DNA from: Promethearchaeota archaeon
GTDB taxonomy: Archaea > Asgardarchaeota > Lokiarchaeia > Sigyniarchaeales > SOKP01
DNA length: 64,000 bases
Direction: 5' to 3'
Assembly: GCA_019058245.1 (NCBI GenBank)
Contig: JAHPZJ010000013.1
Span: 233,166-297,165, forward strand
Below, piece after piece: positions 1 through 9,252 of the stretch; position 1 is the first letter of the stretch, and every line of letters starts with the position of its first letter. Under the pieces are notes generated by a model. It saw only the letters and a list, made by a program, of their open reading frames with translations, was not told the DNA's origin and searched no databases. The translations under genes were made by a program, and so were the position numbers.

Positions 1-1289
1 GTAATCAGGATATCGTCATTCATTATCAATTTAGAGCGTTAAGAAAAGGTGGGGAGATACAATGGCGTGAAATTTATTCTAGAACAATTACTTATGAGAA
101 TTCTCCTGCAGATTTAATATTAAGTATTGATATTTCTGATAAGGTTAAAGCTGAGCAGGAATTAAAAAAGTCTGAAAAAAACTTTCGAGACATGATAATG
201 AATTTAGAGGTTGCATATTATAAAGTCAAATGGAAAGGAAACTTATTATATCATAATCCTGCTTTAAATAAGATAGCAGGTTATGATATTAATGAAGATT
301 TAACAGAACAACCACCTCCTTTCTTTTGGGAGAATTCTGTTGATAGAGAAGAATATTTAAAAAAATTATTGAAAGATGGATATATTAGAAATTATATTCT
401 GCCTCTTATAAGGAAAGATAAAGAAAAAATTGTTGTACAAGTTAATGCTCATTTAATAAAGGATGAAAGTAATAATCCAATTGCTATTGAAGGTACCTTT
501 TCTAATGTAACTGAGAAATTTAGATTAGAGCAAGAATTATTAGAATCTGAAAAGAAATTACGTCAACAGAATATTGAATTAAAAAAATTAGATAAAGTTA
601 AGAATGACTTTATTACTATGGCTGCTCATGAATTAAAAACACCATTAATATCAATTTCAGGATATACAGATTATATTTTAATAAAACATCGAGAACATCT
701 TAAAACAGAAGTTACAAGAGATTTATTAATCGTTCAAAGAAATGTTAAACGATTAGAAATGTTAATGGATCAATTATTAGATGTCATGAAAATTGATGAA
801 AATGTGCTTGAACTAAAGAAAGAGCTAGTAAATGTAAGTAAAATTATCAGTGATTGTCTTGATGAGCTTAGTTATCTTATCAATGAAAAAAATCTCGAAA
901 TCATATTGAAGATGGAACATGAAATTTTATTAAATGTTGATCCTATGCGTATCTCCACAGCTTTTACTAATTTATTATCAAATGCTATTAAATATACATC
1001 AGATTATGGTTGGATTGAGATTTCTGCTAATAAAAAGGATTACGAATATATTTTTAAAGTGAAAGATAATGGAGTTGGATTAACTCAAGATGAAATTGGA
1101 AGGCTATTCAAAAAATTTGAAAGAATAAAGCCCACATTATCAAATAAGAATATAAATATTAAAGACTCTGGAACGGGTCTAGGACTATACATTACTAAGG
1201 GAATTATTACGACCCATGGAGGTAGCATCTGGGCAGAATCAAAAGGACCTAATAAAGGAACCTCATTTATTTTTTCAATCCCTATATAA
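1..1289 (+). CDS. Multi-PAS sensor histidine kinase (5' truncated by window edge)
   Basis: Frame is open from position 3 (NQDIVIHYQFRALRKGGEIQW..., a PAC-like motif) into ORF 192..1289; H-box AHELKTPL, N-box NLLSNAIKY, G1 DNGVG, G2 GTGLGL. Confidence 0.92.
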   Translation, partial: NQDIVIHYQFRALRKGGEIQWREIYSRTITYENSPADLILSIDISDKVKAEQELKKSEKNFRDMIMNLEVAYYKVKWKGNLLYHNPALNKIAGYDINEDLTEQPPPFFWENSVDREEYLKKLLKDGYIRNYILPLIRKDKEKIVVQVNAHLIKDESNNPIAIEGTFSNVTEKFRLEQELLESEKKLRQQNIELKKLDKVKNDFITMAAHELKTPLISISGYTDYILIKHREHLKTEVTRDLLIVQRNVKRLEMLMDQLLDVMKIDENVLELKKELVNVSKIISDCLDELSYLINEKNLEIILKMEHEILLNVDPMRISTAFTNLLSNAIKYTSDYGWIEISANKKDYEYIFKVKDNGVGLTQDEIGRLFKKFERIKPTLSNKNINIKDSGTGLGLYITKGIITTHGGSIWAESKGPNKGTSFIFSIPI

Positions 1290-1476
1290 ATCCTAGGAGT
1301 ACTCAAATTTTATTCTCTAGATTTTATCTTTAAATGATTATATTATAATGATTTAAATTCTGTTGTTATCAATTTTTTCTTTAATATTAAACAGAAATTT
1401 ATTTATCCATAATGATAAATTAATTATCTCTAAGAAATTAAATTAAAATATTATTTGTTATGTATGAAACTGTATA

Positions 1477-3606
1477 ATGTCTACATTAATAATAACTGAA
1501 AAGGCTAAGGCCGCAGAAGCTATTGCAAATGCAATAGGCGCAGTAAAAAAAGTTAAAAAAACAAAATTTTTAACAATATATTCAATTCCCTCTAAAAATT
1601 TCTATATAATTCCCTTAAGGGGACATATTCTTGAATACAGAAATACTTTTGCCTTTAAAAGCTGGACAAAAACAAATCCACGAGACATTATAACTAATCC
1701 TGAAACAATTGAAAAAGTTCCAATAGACTATGCTGGACCATATATAAAAATATTAAAGGAATATTCAAAAAATTCAAAACATTGTATTATTGGTACTGAT
1801 GCAGATATTGAAGGGTGTAATATTGGTTTATTTGATGCGCTTCCTTTTGTGAAGGAAATTAATCCAAATATAAAAATATCTCAATTGTGGCTTAGTTCCC
1901 TTCAGAAAAATGAAATCCTTAATAAACTAAATAGTCTTATCCCACCAAAATATAGTTGGGGGCAGACTGGGGAAGTAAGAGCTATAATTGATGCATTTAT
2001 AGGATTTTCTGCTACTAGAGAAGTTACAAATACATTAAGACCTTTATTAAATAAATTTAATATAAAATTTGTTTCTATCGGTCGAGTTCAGACAAGTCTT
2101 CTATATTTAATATTTCTTCGGGAAAAGGAGATTATTGAATTCATTCCTAAACCCTATTTCCTAATCGATGCAATTTTAGTTCATACCAACGGTATTTTTC
2201 GAGCTCATCATGATCTTAATCCGTTTTCAAAAGATCAAGAAAGACAGATGAGAAAAATCTATGAAAATATTAAATATGAAAAAGTTGGAAAAATTATCGA
2301 TAATTCTAAGACTAAAAATAGAAGAGAACCTCCAAGTCCATTAAATACATCACAAGCATTAGTTCTATTAACAAAATGTCTGAAGATTTCCGCAAATATA
2401 GCTATGAGAACTATGAATGCATTATATCTTAACAAAATTATCTCTTATCCTAGAACGGATAGTGATGTTTATAAATCAGATTTTAATCATATTGAGATCT
2501 TACAAAAATTTATTCATCATTCACAGTTTAATAGCTATACAACTGATTTACTTAAGAATAATAGGATTAAACCAACTATAGGAAAAAAGGATATGGGAGA
2601 TCATCCTCCTATTACCCCTCTTGAGGCCTTAGAACCGGGTAATTCCAGATTCGAAAATACTATCCAAAAAAAAGTATATGACATTCTTACTCGTCATTAT
2701 TTAGCTCTTTTTGGAGAAGCAGCTATAGAGTCAAGACAAAAATTAAAAGTAAACATTAAAGATGAACCTTTTACCGCTAGAACAGTTTCATTAATTAAGC
2801 AAGGTTTTCTGGAAATAGCTCCATTTCTCAAGCCTAGTTACGAGAAAGAAATTCAAATAATCTCTAACGAAATACCAATAAAAGAAATTTTGCTTGAAGA
2901 AAAAGAATCAAAGCCACCATCAAGATATAATGATACATCTCTTCTAAAATTAATGGAAAAAAATCATCTTGGAACGAAATCAACCAGACCAATTATTATA
3001 AAATTATTGCAATCCCGCAAATTAATTAAAAGAATTAAATATCATTATTTTGTAACTGAGTTCGGTAATTTTTTGATGAAGTATTTAATTAAAATATGGT
3101 TACCCTTTTTAAAACCGGAATTTACTAAAACAGTGGAAGAAAAACTTGAAGAGATTAAAAATAGTAAAAGATCAATGAATTCTATAATAAACGAGGTAAG
3201 AAATGAATTTTTAATCTTATTTGATAAATTCTTAGAAAATAAACATAAATTGAATACTAAAATTAGTAATTATAAAATTGAATATAAAACTCCATTAACA
3301 TCATCAAATTGTCCCTTTTGCAAAAAATATCCTATGAAATTCATTAATGCAAAAAAAAGTAGGTTTTTAGTCTGTTCTGATGAAAAATGTAAACAATTTT
3401 TATCTTTACCTAAGAATGGTAAACTAGAATTATTAGATTCTATTTGTTCATTGTGCAATTTTAATATTTTTAAGGTAATACTTAATAAAAATAATAAATC
3501 CATTACTTATTATTTATGTCCTAACTGTTGGAATATGGATCATTCGAAATTTTGTTCTAATTGTAGTGAATATACAATTTCTAAAGGAAAGTGCATAAAA
3601 AAATAA
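1477..3606 (+). CDS. topA: Type IA DNA topoisomerase with C-terminal Zn ribbons
   Basis: Toprim TEK and DADIEG, GRVQ, catalytic SYPRTDS, H in DHPPITP, LGTKSTR; several CxxC pairs at the C-terminus. Confidence 0.92.
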   Translation: MSTLIITEKAKAAEAIANAIGAVKKVKKTKFLTIYSIPSKNFYIIPLRGHILEYRNTFAFKSWTKTNPRDIITNPETIEKVPIDYAGPYIKILKEYSKNSKHCIIGTDADIEGCNIGLFDALPFVKEINPNIKISQLWLSSLQKNEILNKLNSLIPPKYSWGQTGEVRAIIDAFIGFSATREVTNTLRPLLNKFNIKFVSIGRVQTSLLYLIFLREKEIIEFIPKPYFLIDAILVHTNGIFRAHHDLNPFSKDQERQMRKIYENIKYEKVGKIIDNSKTKNRREPPSPLNTSQALVLLTKCLKISANIAMRTMNALYLNKIISYPRTDSDVYKSDFNHIEILQKFIHHSQFNSYTTDLLKNNRIKPTIGKKDMGDHPPITPLEALEPGNSRFENTIQKKVYDILTRHYLALFGEAAIESRQKLKVNIKDEPFTARTVSLIKQGFLEIAPFLKPSYEKEIQIISNEIPIKEILLEEKESKPPSRYNDTSLLKLMEKNHLGTKSTRPIIIKLLQSRKLIKRIKYHYFVTEFGNFLMKYLIKIWLPFLKPEFTKTVEEKLEEIKNSKRSMNSIINEVRNEFLILFDKFLENKHKLNTKISNYKIEYKTPLTSSNCPFCKKYPMKFINAKKSRFLVCSDEKCKQFLSLPKNGKLELLDSICSLCNFNIFKVILNKNNKSITYYLCPNCWNMDHSKFCSNCSEYTISKGKCIKK

Positions 3607-3755
3607 AATTATACTTATTATAATAAACAAAGAAGCTTAGTATAGAATTCTAAAATTATAAATAAATTTAGCTTTATCTTTTTAACACTATGATTAATAT
3701 AGCTTTTTCTTTAATATATTCCAATAAATTTATATTTTAGAAAATTTGATTTTTT

Positions 3756-4094
3756 CTATATAAAATCATTTGAATCGAAACGATAAGCTGCACGAGTTAA
3801 TCCAACATAATTGTCACTAATCTTATAATACATTTTCCCATTAACAATTTTTTTCTGTAAATAACTATTTTTAATAGTATGGTTTATACCATGAATCATT
3901 GTACCCAAAGTAACTGCACCTATAAACCCATGTTGTTTTTTTGTGACTCTTATTAATTCTAGTTCAGAATGCCATTGACCATCTAAAAGAGCAATAAGTA
4001 TTTCATTTTTTATTGGAGTTTTGATGTCTTTAATTTTATTGAATAAATTAGAATAGCTTGGTTTATAAAAACTTTTATCATCTAAATTTGTCAT
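3756..4094 (-). CDS. Small hypothetical protein, probable winged helix-turn-helix
   Basis: 112 aa; helical core ILIALLDGQWHSELEL followed by beta-wing LQKKIVNGKMYYKI. Confidence 0.55.
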   Translation of the reverse strand: MTNLDDKSFYKPSYSNLFNKIKDIKTPIKNEILIALLDGQWHSELELIRVTKKQHGFIGAVTLGTMIHGINHTIKNSYLQKKIVNGKMYYKISDNYVGLTRAAYRFDSNDFI

Positions 4095-4212
4095 ATGTTA
4101 TACTCCTTTAAAACAAGTGTTTATAATATGAATAAATATTGAGATATATTATTTAATGAAATATAATATCTAGATGTTATTAAGATATATTTGGTATATA
4201 TAAGATAAAGAA

Positions 4213-5334
4213 TTATAGAAGATTTGGGGGAATTCCTTCATTAAAATATTTAGCTCGAGTAATCCAATTTTGGGAAAATTCTGGAATCATCGCTAATATA
4301 GATCCCCCAATCCATACTGAAAATGTACGTTCCATAGGAGCAATAATTCTTATAACTTGATTTTTTTTCTTTCTTCTTGCTAACTCTAATTCTAATTCTT
4401 GATAGATACGTGACTTTAGATTAGGAAACATGGATGATCCTCCCGAAAGAAAAATATTATTTAATAACTCTGGACGAACATCTAAATCACAAGCTTCAAT
4501 AACATCCATGATGGCAATATGTAAAGCATCTTCCTCTAATTCCGAAGTTGGTTTAAATAATATTTCTGGTACAATAAATCTTTCTTTATTGAGAGAAATA
4601 GTTGAACCATCTGGTAAAGAATATTCTTTTTCATATTGTTCACTCCGTTTTAGATCTTCTTTATAATCTAATGAAACAAAGCAAGCTTTTTCCTTTAAAA
4701 CTCTGACTAATTCTCTACGTATTGAAGAATCAACAGACCATCCAATTGATTCTAAAATTTGTTCCATATAATGTGTTAAAGCTCTGCCACCAATATCCAG
4801 AATGCGTACAGCATGCTCCAATTTGTATCCCTCATATATAGGAACAATTCTAGTATTACTGTCGCCTATCTCCACGATTAATCCTGTTTGAAATCCTCCT
4901 GAATAGAGAGTTAGCATTGAATCTAAAACAGGATAAAACGACATACATTGATAGCGTTCTAAGAATAATTCAAATATTTTCTCCAAATCTTTATATGGAA
5001 ATAACGGATGTACAGAAAATAATACATTTACTAATGTAGGATCTACTCGTAAATTATAAAAAATATATTCAATTATATTCTTGAAATGATTCCAATCAAC
5101 GACAATTCCTTTTTCGATAGGATGAAAGATTTTATATAAGCCTATTGATTGAATTTCATCTCCTACGTATAATTCATCTTCTCGAGACTTTTTAGATTCA
5201 TAATCAACATTAACATTTTGATACTTAGGTTTCCCAACCATGGTTAAAAAAACTTGACTAGGAGAATCCTCCCCTGCAAAACCTATTTTTGAAGAAAATT
5301 GACCAATGTCTAAAACAACTGTTAAATTTCCCAT
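4213..5334 (-). CDS. Actin-related protein (divergent Asgard actin family)
   Basis: Phosphate-1 DIGQFSSKIGFAGE, YVGDE, PIEKGIV, phosphate-2 EIGDSNT, VPIYEGY, LKEKACFV, YSLPDG, LSGGSSMFP, SVWIGGSILA. Confidence 0.93.
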   Translation of the reverse strand: MGNLTVVLDIGQFSSKIGFAGEDSPSQVFLTMVGKPKYQNVNVDYESKKSREDELYVGDEIQSIGLYKIFHPIEKGIVVDWNHFKNIIEYIFYNLRVDPTLVNVLFSVHPLFPYKDLEKIFELFLERYQCMSFYPVLDSMLTLYSGGFQTGLIVEIGDSNTRIVPIYEGYKLEHAVRILDIGGRALTHYMEQILESIGWSVDSSIRRELVRVLKEKACFVSLDYKEDLKRSEQYEKEYSLPDGSTISLNKERFIVPEILFKPTSELEEDALHIAIMDVIEACDLDVRPELLNNIFLSGGSSMFPNLKSRIYQELELELARRKKKNQVIRIIAPMERTFSVWIGGSILAMIPEFSQNWITRAKYFNEGIPPNLL

Positions 5335-5606
5335 TGGTTATTACAATTTAAATTATTTTGTAGACAATTAGCCTAAATAATACTATCTTATATATTATTT
5401 TAATTATTAAAAAAATATGTTTAAATTTTGAACAATAAAATCTTTAATTAACACTAAAAAAGTAGGGTTCTATTTTCAAAATATAATAAAGCTTCCCAAT
5501 TGATGGATAAAGAACTTTATTGAAAGAATAAAGAAAAAATTTAAAAAACAGATAAATATAGAGCAGATTCGAACTCAATAATCTTTTTTTATTAAAAATT
5601 AAGCTT

Positions 5607-6329
5607 TCATTCTCCCCTCATAATTTTCTTTAGACGATTTAGTTCATCTAACATTTCATCACGAAGAGATCCTAAACCTCCGCCTGTTTTTGGGGCTATT
5701 GCTGATGCTCCAGGGACAGGTGCTCCTGGAGGTTTTGGAAGGGTACCACCTGGAGGTCCAGGTCTTTTAGCAAATGAGGTTGGTGCCGCAGGGGGGCCAC
5801 TACTAGAAGGTGCACCAGGAGCTTTAGGAGGTCCACCTCCCGCTGGAGGTAATTTTGGAGCTGGAGGCAAACTTGGTTTTTTAGGGGGTCCACCACTTGA
5901 AGGCGCGGCAGGGGGACCTACTTTTTTAGGGGGTCCACCACTTGAAGGCGCGGCAGGGGGACCTACTTTTTTAGGGGGTCCACCACCTGGAGGTGCAGGA
6001 GCGCTAGGAACAGTTAATGCAGGAGCTGCTGGAGCGGTAGGTGTAGAAGCGGTACCTCCACCACTACTTAATAAGCTAAATAATGTACTGGCTGCTGCTG
6101 TTTTTGCCCCCTCACTTGTGGGAGCTACTATTTTTTTAGAGGAGGTACTAACAGTTTGAACTTCTTCAACAACAGAAACTTCCTTCAGATCCTTCTGAGC
6201 TTTAGCCAAAGATTTGATAAAATCATTTATTCCTTTAACTGTCTCTTCTAGATCATCAGCTAAAGAAGTTAATCCTTTTTTCATAAAATTAATAACTCTT
6301 TCAACTTTTTTCTGTTCTTTTGAAACCAC
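5607..6329 (-). CDS. Proline-rich protein with N-terminal coiled coil and C-terminal WH2/VASP-like helix
   Basis: GTG start; N-terminal heptad-like helix, ~130 aa Pro/Gly/Ala/Lys-rich linker, C-terminus GGGLGSLRDEMLDELNRLKKIMRGE; locally higher GC. Confidence 0.8.
   Translation of the reverse strand: MVSKEQKKVERVINFMKKGLTSLADDLEETVKGINDFIKSLAKAQKDLKEVSVVEEVQTVSTSSKKIVAPTSEGAKTAAASTLFSLLSSGGGTASTPTAPAAPALTVPSAPAPPGGGPPKKVGPPAAPSSGGPPKKVGPPAAPSSGGPPKKPSLPPAPKLPPAGGGPPKAPGAPSSSGPPAAPTSFAKRPGPPGGTLPKPPGAPVPGASAIAPKTGGGLGSLRDEMLDELNRLKKIMRGE
5877..5986. repeat. Exact 45-bp tandem repeat (~2.4 copies) encoding GGPPKKVGPPAAPSS
   Basis: ttagggggtccaccacttgaaggcgcggcagggggacctactttt at 5881-5925 and 5926-5970, partial third copy from 5971. 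Confidence 0.95.
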
Positions 6330-6628
6330 GTTCTACTCAATTCCTCTAATATTATTGAAAAATCGATAAATATTAAAAATACTAATTATAATGATTATAT
6401 TTTAATTATATTAATAAGTATATATAATTTTATTTCATTCTTATCTTATTCTATACTTAAGTACTAAAAATATCCAAAAAAACATTAATTAATTAAATAG
6501 CTAAACTAATAATATTATATAACATATTTCATTAGTAAGTTTAAAAATTAATTACATTATAAATTATAAAATATAATAAAAAACAAGACACGAATAATAA
6601 ATTTTAAAGTGCATTGGTGAAAAAAAAT

Positions 6629-6925
6629 ATGCCTAAACGTGAACTCTTCATAATAGGCTTAACATCTCGTTAGGTTTGTGAAAAAAGGGTATATGAAATT
6701 GTAAATGAGCTTAAAATACCTCTGATAGACGAAAGAGTCTATGATAAAGTAAATTTTAGTGCGGGATCAGCCATCGCTTCTGTAATCTTCAGATTTGAGG
6801 AAGATGAATCAGTTATCCGTGGCTTTCTCGGTTTGGCGGAATACTTTCATACAGTTGTAATTAAAAAGAAGGATGAATTTTATATTCCCCATGCCAGTAT
6901 TTTATTCAAATTGGAAAGTGCTTAA
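6629..6925 (+). CDS. Small uncharacterised protein with in-frame TAG at codon 15 (readthrough/pyrrolysine candidate or pseudogene); absent from ORF track
   Basis: GGTGA SD-like motif at 6616-6620, ATG at 6629: MPKRELFIIGLTSR*VCEKRVYEIVNELKIPLIDERVYDKVNFSAGSAIASVIFRFEEDESVIRGFLGLAEYFHTVVIKKKDEFYIPHASILFKLESA; TAG at 6671-6673, TAA at 6923-6925. Confidence 0.65.
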
Positions 6926-6985
6926 ATTAAATTTTTTTTACTTTTCTTTTATTATCGTATTTTTTCCTTTTTCAAAACTCCTTTA

Positions 6986-7708
6986 TCAGGTGCTATTTTT
7001 TGAATTAGAAATATAATATTTTGAATTATTAATAATCTTCAACACTTCAGATTCGGGTACATCATACCATTTTTTATATGCATCAGCAACAGCGAACCAC
7101 ATAACATCTCTTATATTTGGACAAAATATGTTATTAACTTCAGGTTTAATTCTTTTAAATGTTCCTAAGGGTGCTGTTGGTATTGCAATATAAATTTTTA
7201 ATGGTTGATACTTTTTCACCATATTTATTGCTGCTAGCATTGTATATCCTGAAGCTAATCCATCATCAAGAATAACTATATTTCTTTTATGAATTTTTTC
7301 CTTGTATGATTCTTTTAATCCTTCATTTTTATTATACAATTTTAGTCTACCCGAAATTTCTTTCTTTGTCAAATTGATTGAATATTGGATTTCCCTATCT
7401 GGTAAATTAAGTCTATTCAATAAAGACTCATTAATCAGCACAGTTCCATCTGTGGTTACTGCTCCAAAACCTGCTTCTGTATTATATGGTATTTTAATTT
7501 TTCGTACTATTAATATATCATAATTTATCTTAAATTTAGAACAAAATCCTTCTGTAATTGGTACGCCCCCATTAGGTATTGCATAACATAGAAATTGATT
7601 CACACTTTCTAAAATTAGATTTTTAACAGTAGGTTCTTGTTTTTCAATATATTCTGCTAGAATCTCTCCTGCTTTAAATCTAGATTCATAAGGAATATAG
7701 CTCTTCAT
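6986..7708 (-). CDS. Type I phosphoribosyltransferase family protein
   Basis: AIPNGGVP, VRKIKIPYNTEAGFGAV, PRPP loop VILDDGLASGYTM. Confidence 0.88.
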   Translation of the reverse strand: MKSYIPYESRFKAGEILAEYIEKQEPTVKNLILESVNQFLCYAIPNGGVPITEGFCSKFKINYDILIVRKIKIPYNTEAGFGAVTTDGTVLINESLLNRLNLPDREIQYSINLTKKEISGRLKLYNKNEGLKESYKEKIHKRNIVILDDGLASGYTMLAAINMVKKYQPLKIYIAIPTAPLGTFKRIKPEVNNIFCPNIRDVMWFAVADAYKKWYDVPESEVLKIINNSKYYISNSKNST

Positions 7709-8126
7709 TATTTCTAATTAGGATAATAGTAATTATAAAAATTATAGTTCTATGAAACCCTAAGTATCATCTTAATATATGAATATCTAATAATATAACT
7801 TAGATTTTAAAAATTAAAATAATAATAATTTTTTTTTTCTATCATTTGATTTGAGCCATTCTCTATTAATTTATTATAAAGATTTTGCTAAAATATATAT
7901 TATTCTAAATAAAATAATTTTATTTTTCTATTAGTTCATATAGAGGTAGAAATTTGAATCAAATCTAAATATATTAGGTGTATCTAAATACTTAAATGTA
8001 ATACTTTTCAATTAAGATATAAGAATGAGTTTATGAAAAAAATTTTAATAATTTTCGCAATACAATATTATAAAAAATGTTCGAAAAAGATTTATTAAAA
8101 TCAACGGATTCTGATGAGGAAGGAAT

Positions 8127-8681
8127 ATGGAACTTCAAGATTCTAAGACTAAAATTGTTAGAGAAACCTTTCCATCAGAGACTATTTCTATTATTGGAGA
8201 CTTATTAGCAGGTATTATTTTATCGTTATTAATCTTACCTCTTGAAAGTTTTGTTGTTTTAATTTTAATGATTCCTGCTCTATTGTCTTTAAGGGGTAAT
8301 TTGAGTGGACCATTCATTGCTAGAACTTCCCGAGATTTGGTTATCGGAAATTTTTCAATAAGATCTTGGATTGAAAATATTCTGGCAACATATACACTCT
8401 CCATTATTACTGCTTTTTTTATCGGGTTTTTTTCACTTATTTTAAATTTATTTTTCTTTAAATTAACCATACTTTCTTATCAATATTTTTTTACAATTCC
8501 AATTATTTCAATAATATTAGCATTGTCAATTTCAATTCCTACCTCTACAGGACTGAATTATATCGTTTTTAAAAAAGGACTCAATCCTAATAACATCATA
8601 AATCCTGTGATGACTGCTATTGATGATTTTTCTACAGTATTATGTTTTTTTTTATCAATTATTATGCTGGGGGTGCCTTAA
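8127..8681 (+). CDS. MgtE-type divalent cation transporter, integral membrane subunit 1
   Basis: PALLSLRGN and GLNPNNIINPVMTAIDD MgtE motifs; 5 hydrophobic segments. Confidence 0.85.
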   Translation: MELQDSKTKIVRETFPSETISIIGDLLAGIILSLLILPLESFVVLILMIPALLSLRGNLSGPFIARTSRDLVIGNFSIRSWIENILATYTLSIITAFFIGFFSLILNLFFFKLTILSYQYFFTIPIISIILALSISIPTSTGLNYIVFKKGLNPNNIINPVMTAIDDFSTVLCFFLSIIMLGVP

Positions 8682-9233
8682 ATCGAATATTATAAAAAAA
8701 TCATTAAAGAATCTATCATTATTGTTATTATATCTTCATTAATGGGATTGATAGCTGGAACTCTATTATCATCAAATAAAGAAATATTATATACCATTCC
8801 GATAATGCTATTAATAATTCCAGCACTAAATTCACTAATTGGCGATATTTCAACAGTTCTCGTATCAAGATTAACTACACATCTTTATATTGGCAGTTTA
8901 TCTCCAAAAATTCAGAAATCCGAAAGATTAAAAGAGGATTTTTATGGATTACTTATAACTCTTCTTTTAAGTTTAGGGGTTCTTGTATTTCTAGGATATT
9001 TTATAGGAATTATATCTGGTATTGAAATAGTAAACCCTTTTTTAGTGATAATTATTATAATCATTACAATTCTGTTACTTTTTTTAATAATGTTTATAAC
9101 TCTATTTATTGGAGCTATATTTCTGTTCAAACGAGGAATGGATCCAAATAATTTTCTTATTCCATTTCTTACATCTCTATCTGATTTTCTAACGCCCTTC
9201 TTTTTAATCTTATTTATAATAATATTTATATAA
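8682..9233 (+). CDS. MgtE-type divalent cation transporter, integral membrane subunit 2 (probable ATC start at 8682; ORF track start 8742)
   Basis: PALNSLIGD and GMDPNNFLIPFLTSLSD motifs; frame open from 8682 with GGGGTG SD-like motif just upstream. Confidence 0.8.
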   Translation: MEYYKKIIKESIIIVIISSLMGLIAGTLLSSNKEILYTIPIMLLIIPALNSLIGDISTVLVSRLTTHLYIGSLSPKIQKSERLKEDFYGLLITLLLSLGVLVFLGYFIGIISGIEIVNPFLVIIIIIITILLLFLIMFITLFIGAIFLFKRGMDPNNFLIPFLTSLSDFLTPFFLILFIIIFI

Positions 9234-9252
9234 AATCCAAATTATATCAAAC

